Shown: in pieces, positions 1 through 12,727 of the stretch
Numbering within the stretch: the first letter of the stretch is position 1
Layout: each line of letters starts with the position of its first letter
DNA from: Octopus vulgaris
Lineage: Eukaryota
Reading direction: 5' to 3'
Length of the DNA: 64,000 nt
Assembly: GCA_951406725.2 (NCBI GenBank)
Contig: OX597814.1
Location: forward strand, 206,832,001-206,896,000
Notes under the pieces: model-generated
What the model was told of the DNA's origin: nothing
Databases searched by the model: none
Seen by the model: only the letters and a program-made list of their open reading frames with translations
Translations under genes and position numbers: made by a program

Positions 1-1500
1 ATACCACTAACACTGATTCTGAGGAAAGCAAAAACTGGGTATGTATTCAAAAGCCGCCAACAAAAAGTTGACCATTTGTTATTCATGGATGACCTCAAAC
101 TGAAGCCCAAGTCAGTTCCCTCATTGATACGGTGTACACCTTCAGTGCTGATATCAGAATGGAGTTCGGACTCAGGAAGTGTGGTGTGTTAGTCATGAAG
201 AGAAGCAAAATAAAATGTATGGATCAGCTAATAATACCATCGGGGGAGGTTATGAAGCAGATAGAAGAGATGGGCCAGAAGAACTTGGGGAATTTGGAAA
301 TGGATAAATTGATGGAGAACTGATCCTTAATTCGAAATTAAATGGATCCTTAATTCGAAATTAAATGGATGGAATAAGATCAAAGCCATCAACAGCTGGG
401 CGGTTTCACTCTTCAGATATGGAGCAGGGGTAATCGCATGGACAGAAGATGAACTAAACAGCTTAGACAGAAAGATAAGGAAGTTGCTAACAAGATATGG
501 GACATTCCTCACAAAAAGTGACACAAACAGACTGTATATACCAAGTAAAAGTGCGACAAGAGGACTGATTGGATGCGAACACAGCATTAGAGCAGAAGAA
601 AACAACATAGCATGGTATGTAAAAAATGCCACAGAATAGCTAATATTAGAAGTAAGAAGGCAGACTTGTGTAGGATGAAAGATTGCAAAGATAAAGCACT
701 CTACAAGAAATTGAAAACGAATGAAACTGAAAATAGGTGGGTAAAGAAAAGAATGCATGGTCAATTTCATAGGGATGCTGAAGATAAGACAGAGATAAAA
801 GATGACTGAGGATGACTAAAAGTGATTTAAAACCAGGAATGGCAGGTCTAATCTGTGCTGCCCAAGATCAGGCACTAAGAACAAACTACATAAAATACAG
901 AATAGACAACACAGCAGAAAGTGATAAGTGCAGAAATGGTGAACAAAATGGTGAAACCATGTGCCATATTACCAGTCAATGTACGCCACTAGCCCAGAAG
1001 GAATATAAGAGATGCCACAATATAGCAAGGCTTGTCCATTGGACACTTTGCAACAAGTATGGATTTGACAGAGCAAAATATTGGTACGACCACAAACCCA
1101 AAGGCATCATTGAAAATGATAAGGCAGAGATCCTGTGGGATTTTCTGATTCAGTGGGACCATGAGATTGAAAATTAGAAGTCGGACATAGTCTTGATTGA
1201 GAAAGAAAACAAACTATGCTGGATCATAGATATAGCATGCCCAGCTGACAACAAGGTATGTGAAAAGGAAGAAAGAAAATTCAAGAGATATGACAGGTTA
1301 GCTTAGGGGGTTAAGCAGTGTTGTCACTAGAAAAGGTGGTAGTAGTACCAGTAATTGTCGGAACTCTGGGAACAGTGACTAAATATCTTGAGAAGTACAT
1401 GGAATAAATAGGGGCTGCAATAAGAGTGGAGCACTTGCAGAAAGTAGCAGTGCTTGGAACTGCTTGAATACATCTCCAGCATTAGAAACTGTGCAAAGAC
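1..1500 (+). mobile_element. Dong/R4-clade non-LTR retrotransposon, family A, degraded 3' part
   Basis: HLLFMDDLKL RT motif, ICAAQDQALRTNYIK, CCHC knuckle, restriction-like endonuclease (ILWDF..Q, DIVL, DIACP); many stops; ends in (AAT)n at 1501-1521. Confidence 0.85.
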
Positions 1501-1552
1501 AATAATAATAATAATAATAATCATTTTGTAATTGTGCATATATATAAAAATG

Positions 1553-1555
1553 TAT

Positions 1556-1614
<59 letters not shown>

Positions 1615-1636
1615 TGTATGTATGTATGTATATATA
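1553..1636. repeat. Compound microsatellite (CA)n(TA)n(TATG)n
   Basis: Directly visible. Confidence 0.95.
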
Positions 1637-1726
1637 CAAATTTTTTTTGTCATTCTATATATGCATATGTATGTTCTAAAAATGAGGAAAGCAAAACATT
1701 GTGAAACAAAAATATGCATATAGCAA

Positions 1727-2025
1727 CATTCGAGAGTGGTCGATGCCAGTGCTGCCTGACTGGCTCCCATGCTGGTGGCACGTAAAAAGCACCATTCGAA
1801 CATGGTTGTTGCCAGTACTGCCTGACTGGCCCTCATGCCGGTGGCAAGTAAAAGCCACCCACTACACTCTCGGAGTGGTTGGCATTAGGAAGGGCATCAA
1901 GCTGTAGAAACACTGCCAGATCAGATTGGAGCCTGGTGCAGCCTTCTGGTTTGCCAGTCCTCAGTCAACCTGTCCCACCCATTCCAGCATGGAAAGCAGA
2001 CGACGACGACGATGATGATGATGAT
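1727..2025 (+). mobile_element. RTE 3' UTR/tail fragment with ~60-bp repeats and (GAC/GAT)n tail
   Basis: Matches the reverse complement of the RTE 3' end at 6660-6850 (cactacactctcggagtggttggc.ttaggaagggcatc ... agcatggaaagc). Confidence 0.8.
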
Positions 2026-2805
2026 TAGATATTTCAAATAATCCTTTTTTATTGTAGAAATTAAAACTCAAACAGTTTTCAACTGAACTTCTTGTTGTAG
2101 ATATTACAACGTCAAAAATATTGTTTTTTTTCTCTTGTTGAATTTTTTTTTCTTCTCTCCCTTTCTTTCGTGTGTTATGAAGAAATATAATGCAAAGGTA
2201 TTGTTATATATCGAAATTTCTACATTTCTAGCAGCCAATTGTATGTAGTGACACTGTAAAGACATCTATTCATAAATCCAGGCAGATTAGTTTGTTAGCA
2301 CAACAAAATATTCCATTGGTGCAAAATGAGTGAGATCAATGAAATAAAGTTAGGGTCATCATTGGTCAGTTTAACATATAGACAAAAACCTCTTGAATTT
2401 TATCCCTTTTCGTTCCAAAAATTAAGATTCAAGATGCTTCTAGAAACCCCAAGACCATTCGGTAGAATGATATAAAAACCGAAAATGTTAAGGGATTTGG
2501 AATGATCTTTGAGATGCCACACGAATCTTTGTCACTCGATCACTCGTTTTCATCCTTTATGCTATAAGTGAGAAATATCTATTTTGATGTTTCATAATGT
2601 CACTTAAGCATTTAACAAATGGCTTTATGTCATACTAAAATCCTTCCTTTCAATTAGTTAAGGATAACAATCTAGCTAGTGTAAATTAAATAATCTACAC
2701 TCTCCTAGATTTAATACTAGACACATTTAAAGGCCAAATAATATAGGGTTTCTTTATTACCTGCCTACCTTTACTGTGCTTAGCAAAAAATAAAAGATAT
2801 TTTAA

Positions 2806-3217
2806 ACTCTCTTTACTCTCTACTCTTTTACTTGTTTCAGTCATTTGACTGCGGCCATGCTGGAGCACCACCTTTAATCGAGCAACTCGACCCCGGGACT
2901 CATTCTTTTGTAAGCCCAGTACTTATTCTATCGGTCTCTTTTGCCGAACTGCTAAGTAACGGGGACATAAACACACTAGCATCGGTTGTCAAGCAATGCT
3001 AGGGGGACAAACACAGACACACAAACACACACACGCATATATATATATACATATATACGACGGGCTTCTTTCAGGTTCCGTCTACCAAATCCACTCACAA
3101 GGCTTTGGTCGGCCCGAGGCTATAGTAGAAGACACTTGCCCAAGGTGCCACACAGTGGGACTGAACCCGGAACCATGTGGTTGGTAAACAAGCTACTTAC
3201 CACACAGCCACTCCTGT
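2806..3217 (-). mobile_element. tRNA-derived SINE with CORE-like central domain
   Basis: Minus-strand head with A box TGGCTGTGTGG and B box GGTTCAGTCCC, then caccttgggcaagtg, an internal TA/TG microsatellite and an (AGTAAAG)-like tail. Confidence 0.85.
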
Positions 3218-3559
3218 CCTTTTAAATCTTCCGTAAGGAATATTGCATGTAAAAATTGTATTAGCCAAATATCAGTTTGACCGAACAAGTCAACACCTTA
3301 TAGATATCCTCTTCTAAATTTAAGACATTGATTATAATATCGATAATTTCTTTTTATAGTTTTGTTTGTTAGAAATATAAAGTAAATAAGTATAATTAAT
3401 GAAGTAACTTTAGACAATATTTTATTAAATTAAATAGCCTTCTGGAAACAACTTATACACAGTTAACTATGCTAAAATTAAAAAAAGGCATTTAAATGCA
3501 TAGCCCCATAAAAATAACACATCATAACAAACAATCTTATAAAGACACACTGGCACAAA

Positions 3560-6465
3560 CCCTTCTCTGAATATGAACCTGGATGGTCACTTGAATGGGA
3601 ACTGCCCCAACTCAAGCCCTCCAAGTCCACCACCACAGACAGAATGGACCCAAGAAGAGCATACAGAAGTAATGTATGCCTAGTATTATGCATTAGGCTG
3701 GCCATCTGAAATGAAACACACCACATGCTCTTATCAAATATGGAGAACACGAAATCAAGACAACAGACTATATTTGGAGGAAAACAAGTTAGCAAATGTT
3801 AGGAGGGATATCTTCAGAAATAAAAGACTCACAGATAGTGAAATAACCACAATCAAGTGCACAGCAGAAAAAAGACTTAAATATAAGACAACAAGGAAAT
3901 GAAGAACCAGACGAAGAGAGCAACTCTACACGAGTCTCCATTAAAAGACTGCCATCTGACCAGAATACGCAAATGTCTGGAGAAATAAATTGCAATGAAC
4001 CTGAGAAAGATAACAAGGTAAGTGGTAAAGAAACAGTGTTTGAAGACTGCACCTTTACTGAAGAACATAGAGAGTCTATGATAGAACTGAAGCAGAAAAT
4101 CTTGAATAACCTTGCAGTTGCAAGACACAACAATATGCATGATAGAGAACCCCTTCATAAATTCTCAAATGTAATCCAAAATAGAAAACAAATTAAAATT
4201 GGAAACTATGTAACAAAGGAAATTATACAAGAACTAAAACCAGATCTCACTGAATTAAATGAAATGATTTATGCAGCTGCTAAGACAATTGAAGCCAGTT
4301 GTATGCCTCTGAGAAAAACCAAGAAATACAAACCTGAGAAGAATTCCAAACTGGAAAAGTAAAATTGAAAAAGAGATTGAAATAAAGAGAAATGAAATAT
4401 CAATATCGAAGGAACTCATCTGTGGAAACGATGTAAAAACCAGAAAAGGAAGAAAGATGAAGAGAAAACATAAATTCTCACCAAGAGAAGAACTGCTTTC
4501 AGCAAAAGAAACACTGCAACAAAAAATTACTTTCACCTTCAATTTTCTGCATAGCCCTAATACCCCTTACAGATGAATTCAACAGAACAGGGTATGAATA
4601 TTAAATTGGTGACAAGAAAACAAGTCATCTATTTTATGTGGATGACTTAAAACTCTGTGGCAAAGACGATAATGAGCTTGAAGGACTGCTACATACTGTG
4701 AAAGCATTTAGTGATGACATCAGGATGGAATTTGGTTTTGATAAGTGTGCCAGGGTTACTTTCCAGAAAGGGAAACTGAAGACCTCACATTCAGTAGAGT
4801 TGGATGTTGCCACAGTCATAGAAGAACTCGAGCAGAAGAAACTTACAAATACCTCGGAATAAATGAGGGTTCTGGCATTCAGCATGCAAGAATGATAGAG
4901 AAGGAATGGTAAAGGTGAGTTCAAGCAGTCCTATAATCTGAGTTAAATACACGTAACAAAGTGTTAGCTATGAAATCCTTAGCAGTTCCGGTTGTTATTT
5001 ACAGTTTCAATATGTTGAACTGGAATATGAGCGAAATAAGGAAGATTGACAGGAAAATCCTTGAGTTGCCGAGTTGCAAAAAGATGCACCAACCAATGGC
5101 AGATGCAGATTGTCTTTACATACCCAGAGCTCAAGGAGGTCGAGGCTTGGTTCGATTTGAAATCTCCAACAAAACCATCACAACTGGACTGGCGAAATAT
5201 CTTGAAACATCTAATAAATGGATGCTAAATCTCATTGAAAAGCATGAAAGACATAAGAAGCTTCCTTCTGTAATGAAGGAGAGCAAAAAATGTTCAAGTG
5301 AGTTTATACATAAATTGAACAGCATGAGGGAAGTGCAACAACTCTAGTTGCAAAGAAGGTGAAACCAATAGGAAAGCAAAATGCGTTTGAACAATTGGAT
5401 GATGGGTGGGAACAAAAACCCCAGCATGGCAAATATGTGGCCCATAGCAAACAAGCTGATGTAGACCAGAAGCAGACCCATCAGTGGCTACAAAGCTCAG
5501 GGCTAACGGCAGAGAGTGAAGGCTTTATCTTGGCTGCCCAAGAGCAGAGATTATTGACCTGGAACTATCAAGCCAATGTGATAAAAAATGGTGTAGACCA
5601 AAAGTGCTAATACTGCAAGGATGGGATTGAAACAGTGGACCACCTAATCTCTCGATCCAAGGTTTTTACCACCTGTAGAGTAGAGATCAAGACACAACAG
5701 TGTTGGCCAATATCTACTTTGGATAATGTATCAGTATCATAAAATCAAAATTGCTGACAAATGGTACAAGCACCACCCTGAGGCTGTTAGAGAGGGAGAA
5801 AATGTAACGATTCTTTGGGACTTCCCAGTATGTACAGATGTGACCATCAAAGCTAATAAACCAGAATTTGTTTTGAAAGACCAAAACAATAAAGTCTGTT
5901 TATTGATTGATGTGAGCGTACTTTGTGTCTATGATGTCTCAGCAAAAGAATTTGATAAGCTCAGAAAATATAAAGATCTGCTGATTGAAATCAAAAAGAT
6001 GTGGCATCTCAAGATGTCTACAATACCAGTGATTGTAGGAGCACTTGGAATGATCAAAAAAAGGAACTGAAAATTATTTAAGAATGATCCTTGGCTTACC
6101 ATCCATGCAGGAAGTGCAAAAGATTGTCTTAACTGGTAACTGGTCACACGTATTGAGAAGAGCATTGTTGCTGTGAATTTTCTTTCTTTTTTTCCCTTTA
6201 TTTTCTTTGTTTATTTTTTAAATTTTTGTTAAGATTGTTTTAACTGCCACATCACACACACTGAGAAGAGAATTGCCACTGTGAATTTTATTTCCTTTTT
6301 CCTTTTATTTTCCTTGTTTACTTTTTTTTTCTTTTTTCCCCTTTTTTTATATGACTTTGTAAATGGTATGTTTATTTTAATGGCCTACCACATGTACAAA
6401 GTGAACTTTTTTGTCCTAGATGTTGGGAAGACACTTGGCAAGGAATGGAAATGAAATTGAAAGAA
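3560..6465 (+). mobile_element. Dong/R4-clade retrotransposon, family B, degraded, internally deleted near 4530
   Basis: N-terminal KLANVRRDI, RT YVDDLKL, ESEGFILAAQEQ, RLE ILWDFPV/KP..V/KYKDL, pyrimidine-rich 3' UTR. Confidence 0.85.
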
Positions 6466-6560
6466 GAAGAAGAAGAAGAAGAAGAAGAAGAAGAAGAAGA
6501 AGAAGAAGAAGAAGAAGAGATGATGATGATGATGATGATGAAGATGATGATATTAATAAA

Positions 6561-6610
<50 letters not shown>

Positions 6611-6658
6611 TAATAATCATAACAATAATAATAATCATCATCATCATCATCATCATCA
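6462..6658. repeat. Compound trinucleotide array (GAA)n(GAT)n(AAT)n(CAT)n
   Basis: Directly visible; lies between the tail-to-tail 3' ends of a Dong element and an RTE element. Confidence 0.95.
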
Positions 6659-9600
6659 TTTAAAGTCCGCTTTCCATGCTAGCATGGGTTGGACGGTTCA
6701 ACAGGCCAGTCAGATCTGGCAGTGTTTCCTACAGCTGGATGCCCTTCCTAACGCCAACCACTCCGAGAGTGTAGTGGGTGATTTTATGTGCCACCGACAC
6801 AGGTGCCAGACGAGGCTGGCGAACGGCCACGCTCGGATGGTGTTTTTTATGTGCCACCGACATAGGTGCCAGACGAGGCTGGCAGACGGCCACGCTCGGA
6901 TGGTGTTTTTATGTGCCACCGACACAGGTGCCAGATGAGGCTGGCGAACGGCCACGATCGGATGGTGTTTGTTACGTGCCCACAGCACGGAGGCCAGTCG
7001 ATGCGGTACTGGCTACGGCCACGTTCGGATGGTTTTCTTGTGTGCCACCGGCACTGGTACCACAAAGATACAAATTCCATTGATGTTCATCTATTTTGAT
7101 TTGTTTTGATTTTCACTTGCCTCAACAGGTCTTCACAAGTGTCACAAGAAGGAAGGTATGCACAGGTGGACTGACTACGTCCCAGGTAGGGGCCACGGGT
7201 TATGGCCTGACTAGTCTTGCCGGGTCTTCGGATGGTGTTTTTATGTGCCACCGACACAGGTGCCAGATGAGGCTGGCGAACGGCCATGATCGGATGGTGT
7301 TTGTTATGTGCCCACAGCACGGAGGCCAGTCGATGCGGTACTGGCTACGGCCACGTTCGGATGGTTTTCTTGTGTGCCACCAGCACTGGTAGCACATAGA
7401 TACAAATTCCATTGATGTTCATCTATTTTGATTTGATTTTCACTTGCCTCAACAGGTCTTCACAAGTGTCACAAGAAGGAAGGTATGCACAGGTGGACTG
7501 ACTACGTCCCAGGTAGGGGCCACGAGTTATGGCCTGACTAGTTGCCGGGTCTTGCCGGGTCTTCTCGATGCACTGGCTACGCCACTGGATGGTTTTCTGT
7601 GTGCCACAGCATACTTCTATTTTGATTTGATTTTCATAGGGTCTCTACGGTCTCTAGTCATTTCCTTGGTGAGAGACCTAAAGTTGAAGGTCGTGCTTCA
7701 CCACCTCGTCCCAGGTTTTCCTGGGTCTACCTCTTCCACAGGTTCCCTCAACTGCTAGGGTGTAGCACTTTTGCAAACAACTATCTTCAGCCATTCTCGT
7801 CACATGACCATACCAGCGCAGCCGTCTCTCTTGCACACCACAACTGACGCTTCTTAGGTTCAACTTTTCTCTCAAGGTACTTACACTCTGACGATTATGA
7901 ACACTGACATTACACATCCATCGGAGCATACTGGCTTCATTTCTTGCGAGCTTACGCATATCCTCAGCAGTCACGGCCCATGATTCACTACCATGTAGCA
8001 TGGCTGTTCGTACACATGCATCATACAGTCTGCCTTTTACTCTGAGCGAGAGGCCTTTTGTCACCAGCAGGGGTAAGAGCTCTCTAAACTTTGCCCAGGC
8101 TATTCTTACTCTAGCAGTTACACTTTCAGCACACCCACCCCCGCTACTGACTTGGTCTTCTAGGTAGCGGAAGCTATCAACTATTTCTAGTTTGTCTCCC
8201 TGGAACGTGGTAGAAGTTGGTCTCTGCACATTTCCAGTGTTTATTGCTCCTGAGCATCTGCCACAGACAAAAACTATTTTCCTAGTTAGCCTTCCTTTGA
8301 CATTGCTGCACCTCTTATGTGTCCATAGCTTACACTTGGTGCACCTTATAGAGTTTCTACCTACACCTTTTTTACAGATCAAGCAGGGCCATCTACCTGA
8401 AGTCGTTTGTGAATGGTCCACCTTCCTACTTATTAGGACTTTGGTTTTGGCTAGGTTGATTCTAAGGCCCTTCGATTCTAATCCTTGTTTCCACACCTGA
8501 AACTTCTCCTCCAGTTCTGATAGTGACTCAGCAATTAGAGCAAGGTCATCAGCATAGAGGAGCTCCCAGGGGCATCCTGTCTTGAATTCCTCCGTTATTG
8601 CCTGGAGGACTATGATAAATAGGAGGGGACTGAGGACTGAACCTTGGTGGACCCCAACCTCTACCCGGAATTCTTCACTGTACTCATTGCCAACCCTCAC
8701 CTTACTAGCAGCATCTCTGTACATGGCTCGCACAGCTCTCACTAACCATTCATCTATCCCTAGTTTCCTCATTGATCACCAGATAAGGGATCGGGGGACC
8801 CTGTCAAAGGCTTTCTCCAAGTCAACAAAAGCCAGGTACAGGGGCTTATCTTTGGCTAGATATTTCTCCTGCAGCTGTCTTACCAGGAATATAGCATCAG
8901 TAGTACTTTTCCCTGGCACGAACCCAAACTGCATATCATCTAAGCTAACTCTCTCTGTAATTAATTTGGCTATAACCCTCTCCGTAACCTTCATTACCTG
9001 ATCCAGCAGCTTGATACCCCTGTAGTTATTTGTATCTAGGGCGTCACCTTTACCTTTGTAGCAGTTGACTATTATGCTGCTACACCAGTCATTGGGTATG
9101 ACTCCTTCGTGTATCACCCAGTTAACTATACGGGTGACTAAGCTATAGCCCACACTACCAGATATTTTGAGCATCTCTGCAGTAATTCCTGATGGGCCTG
9201 GGGCTTTCCCTGTTTTCATGCTTCTAATTGCCTTATCTACTAAGGAACTGTTAACTCGGATTGCTGGTCCCTCTGTTGGGTCGACATTCGGGAGACTCTC
9301 TTTATCCCATTCATTTTCCTCATTCAGCAACCTTTCATAGTGGCGTCTCCAAGCCTCTCTCTTTGCATCCTCATTTAGCGCAAGTGAACCGTCATCCTTG
9401 CGAACACATTTCTCTCCTACCACGTCACGATTCTCTCTCACACACTGCCTTGCAACACAAAATACCTCAAGTCTTTCATCCTCACGGCGCAGGACATTGG
9501 CAAATTTTTTCCTTATCTGCCTCCCCTCTGGCTAGATAGACCTGTCTCCTAGCTTCCCTTCTGGCAGTCTGATACACTTCCCTGCTACCACCATTCTTCC

Positions 9601-9862
9601 AGGCCTTCCAAGCCTGTTTCTTTTGTCTAATAGCCCTGTCAACAATATTGTTCCACCACCACGTTATTTTGGGTCTTAAGGGGACTTTGCACCAGCCACA
9701 GATCTGGTCAGCGGCTTTCAGCAGGTTGTCCCTCAGAAGCGCCCAGTTGTCTTCTACCCCATGCGTAGCTATACCCCCTTCCATTTCGTCAAAGGCTTCA
9801 AGTAACATATCTCTAAATCTCTGTCCATTCGCAGGGTCTTTAAGCTTCCAGACCCTTCTTCA
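6636..9862 (-). mobile_element. RTE-clade LINE, 5'-truncated, young (few disruptions)
   Basis: ORFs 9482-9808, 8776-9441 and 7678-8772: KAPGPSG, NYRGIKLL, FVDLEKAFDRV, GVHQGSVLSPLLF, YADD, RLRWYGH, GRGRPRKTW; 3' UTR minisatellite and (ATG)n tail. Confidence 0.93.
6897..7555. repeat. ~330-bp tandem duplication inside the RTE 3' UTR, on top of ~61-bp minisatellite units
   Basis: 6897-7228 repeats at 7229-~7555 (cggatggtgtttttatgtgccaccgacacagg ... ggcctgactagt). Confidence 0.9.
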
Positions 9863-9871
9863 ATAATGATA

Positions 9872-9924
<53 letters not shown>

Positions 9925-9930
<6 letters not shown>

Positions 9931-11753
9931 AGAGGGACTCATGAAAACCAAAGACATCCCCATTAGAAGGGGAATATTCCAGGGAGACACGCTCTCTCCA
10001 CTCCTTTTCTGCTTGGCACTGTCACCTCTATCTGATATGCTAAATAGAACTGGATGCGGATATAAATGTTACGGCAAAACGATCAGCCACCTTTTATATA
10101 TGGATGACCTAAAACTATACGCTGCAAATGACAAACAGCTGGAAACACTATTAAAGACAGTTCATGGATTTACCAAAGAAATAGATATGAAATTTGGATT
10201 AGAAAAATGCGCCAAAGTAACCATGAAAAGAGGAAAACTAGTTAAGAGTAACAACATCACACTAGATAAAACCAATGAAATAAAAGAATTAGACCAAAGC
10301 CAAACTTACAAATACTTAGGAATCCATGAACTAGATAAGACACAACACACACAAATGAAAGAGAAAATAAAAAAAGAATATTATAGACGAGTTAGATCAA
10401 TACTAAAAACAGAGCTCAATGCTAAAAACAAGATAATAGGTATCAACACTTTAGCTGTCTCAGTTATAAGTTACAGCTACAATATCCTTAACTGGACACG
10501 AAATGAACTGTCCAAAATAGATAGGAAAACAAGAAAAATACTGACAGGATCTAGGATGCATCACCCAAAATCTGACATAGAAAGACTATATATACAATGT
10601 ATAGAAGGTGGTAGAGGCCTTATACAGCTGGAAAACTACTATAAAATAACCACCATAGGACTGCAAAAATACCTACTTCAGAAGGAAGGAAAACTGATCC
10701 AGATAGCAGCAAAACACGAGCAAAACAAAAAACTGTTCTCAGTATTTAAGGAAGCTGACAAATACAAACAAGAAATCATACCACCTAATAAACACAAAGA
10801 AGAAGAAGAAGATGATGAAGAAACAACAAAAGCTATAAAACAAATGAAATCCAAACTAAAAATAGAACAGCAACGAGCCATGATAAAACGATGGCAAGAA
10901 AAGCCCCTTCATGGTAAATACTGCACTAAACTAAACGCAAAAGAAATAGACAAAGAAAAATCCTAGCAATGGTTGAGAAGCTCAGGACTCAAAGCAGAAA
11001 CAGAGGGATTTTTAATTGCAGCACAAGACCAAAGCCTCCCCACCAGAAATTACCAAAAACATGTAATGAAAAGAAATATTACAAGTAACTGCAGAATATG
11101 TGGAGATGGACAAGAAACAATAAATCATATTATCTCTAGCTGCCCAGTCCTGGCTAAGAAGGAATATATTCACAGACATGACAGAGTTGGAACCTACATA
11201 CATTGGAAGCTATGCCAACATTATGGAATAACAACAGAAAAAAGATGGTATAGGCACACACCAGAAAAGGTCACAGAAAACGAGAAAGCAACCATACTCT
11301 GGGATATGCCGATACACACAGATAGAGAAATTAAGGCCAACAGACCAGATATAGTTGTCAGAGATCATGAAGAAAAAAATTGCTTTCTAATTGATGTATC
11401 AATACTGGCAGATGACAACGTGTCTCTAAAAGAAATGGAGAAACTCTCAAAATACAAAGACCTGGAAATAGAGGTAACTAGAATGTGGAACCTGAAAACA
11501 GAAACAATTCCTATCATAGTAGGTGCATTAGGCATGATAAAAAAATATTCAGACAAATACATAACAAAAACACCAGGACTTACAAACACATATAACATAC
11601 AGAAAATTGCACTACTAGGCACTGCACACATCCTACGCAGAACACTTTCCATACAATAACCATCAGAGCATCACAACAAATCACAGCACATACCCAAGGC
11701 ACACAGAGCTGCGCTCGGTAGTGAAGTGAAAGCACGCTATAAAAATAAAACTA

Positions 11754-11757
<4 letters not shown>
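9925..11757 (+). mobile_element. Dong/R4-clade retrotransposon, family C, 5'-truncated, nearly intact
   Basis: GIFQGDTLSPLLFCLAL, YMDDLKLY, CRICG..ETINHI...C, RHD, RPDIVV, KYKDL; one in-frame TAG at 10964-10966; (AAT)n on both sides. Confidence 0.95.
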
Positions 11758-11787
<30 letters not shown>

Positions 11788-11788
<1 letters not shown>

Positions 11789-12345
11789 TGCAGTACCAGG
11801 CAGTGGCTCTCGTAGCTTCTGATCTTAACTGATTGGAAGTGCTATCATGTACATTGTTTTTTCTTGGTATGAAAGATGGGTTACAGCAAATATTCAGCTC
11901 AATACCACAGATTTGCTTGTTAGTTGTTTGACCATAACCAGTTGAGTATGTCCCTTAGTGGCTGATGGTATGTGCATCTCTGATCATGAGCAGAAGTAGT
12001 GGGGGAGCATCATAGCCATGTGTTGAAGGGGAATTTTTGGGGTATTGAATAATTCCCCTTTGGAAATATAAGTGTTTCATTCAACATCCTTAAACAAACC
12101 TTATTCAGTAATCTTTTGAGCTATTTGGGCTTCTCAATCTGAAGGAATTTCTAACTGGGCCCCACCTGCAAGGGTCATGCACTGTTTATCTTGTTATGAG
12201 ATCATAATGTCACACACATATGGTCGTGATGCATGTGCCAGGTGTACCCTTATCAGACGGGTAGTTATGATGGGTATACTGGACTTTGTACATTTGTACC
12301 CCACGGTCACTTTGTTGGCATGCATTACTCTCTCACTCAATAATA
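11788..12345. repeat. Unclassified interspersed repeat, second copy at 55781-56340
   Basis: Both start atgcagtaccaggcagtggctctcgtagc and align at roughly 90% by eye over ~550 bp; both are flanked by AAT repeats. Confidence 0.85.
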
Positions 12346-12354
12346 ATAAAGATA

Positions 12355-12545
12355 ATACTCTTTTTTATTAAACTCACAAGGCCTGAAGTTTTGGAGGAGG
12401 GGATTCTTGATTACACTGACCCCAGTGTGTAACTGGTACTTATTTCATTGTCCCTGAAAGGATGAAAGGTGGAATTTGAACTCAGAACGTTAAGACAGAC
12501 AAAATGCCCAACATGCTAATGATTCTACCAGCTCACCTTCTGAAT
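12355..12545 (-). mobile_element. SINE fragment; related copies at 31740-31870 and 60520-60735
   Basis: Shared gacccc..tg..caactggtactta..ttat...cc.gaaaggatgaaa..gaatttgaactcagaa; the reverse complement contains B-box-like GAGTTCAAATTC. Confidence 0.7.
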
Positions 12546-12672
12546 AATGATGATGATGATGATGATGACAGTGGCGATGACGACGAAGATGGTGACGATG
12601 ACGATGATGATGAAAAGAGACACTTGTTTTTTCCTAAATAAAATTTAAGATAAATAAAAAGAAAGTATTTAC

Positions 12673-12727
12673 CTGATGATGCAGCTGAACTACCTGTCGT
12701 GTTTACTTGGAAATATTCTTCAAATTT
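12673..12727 (-). CDS. Exon F: last helix of macrodomain 2 plus linker
   Basis: ttctaacag|AAA TTT GAA GAA TAT ... TCA G|gtaaat; 55 nt, phase 0-1; KFEEYFQVNTTGSSAASS; paralogous to exon B. Confidence 0.8.

Noticed and set aside
2400-2575. Acceptor-like tttctcacttatag on the minus strand as the exon after F
   Set aside because: All three frames stop within a few codons. It could be a terminal exon, but nothing else supports that.
3150-3217. tRNA-like A and B boxes
   Set aside because: Head of a SINE; no complete cloverleaf, so not called a tRNA gene.
6372-6938. ORFs with poly-R/D/N/H, poly-E/M/I and poly-S tracts
   Set aside because: Translations of trinucleotide microsatellites, not genes.
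6780-7400. Regularly spaced ~61-bp repeats that look CRISPR-like
   Set aside because: Whole units repeat with no unique spacers, there are no cas genes, and they sit in an RTE 3' UTR in eukaryotic DNA.
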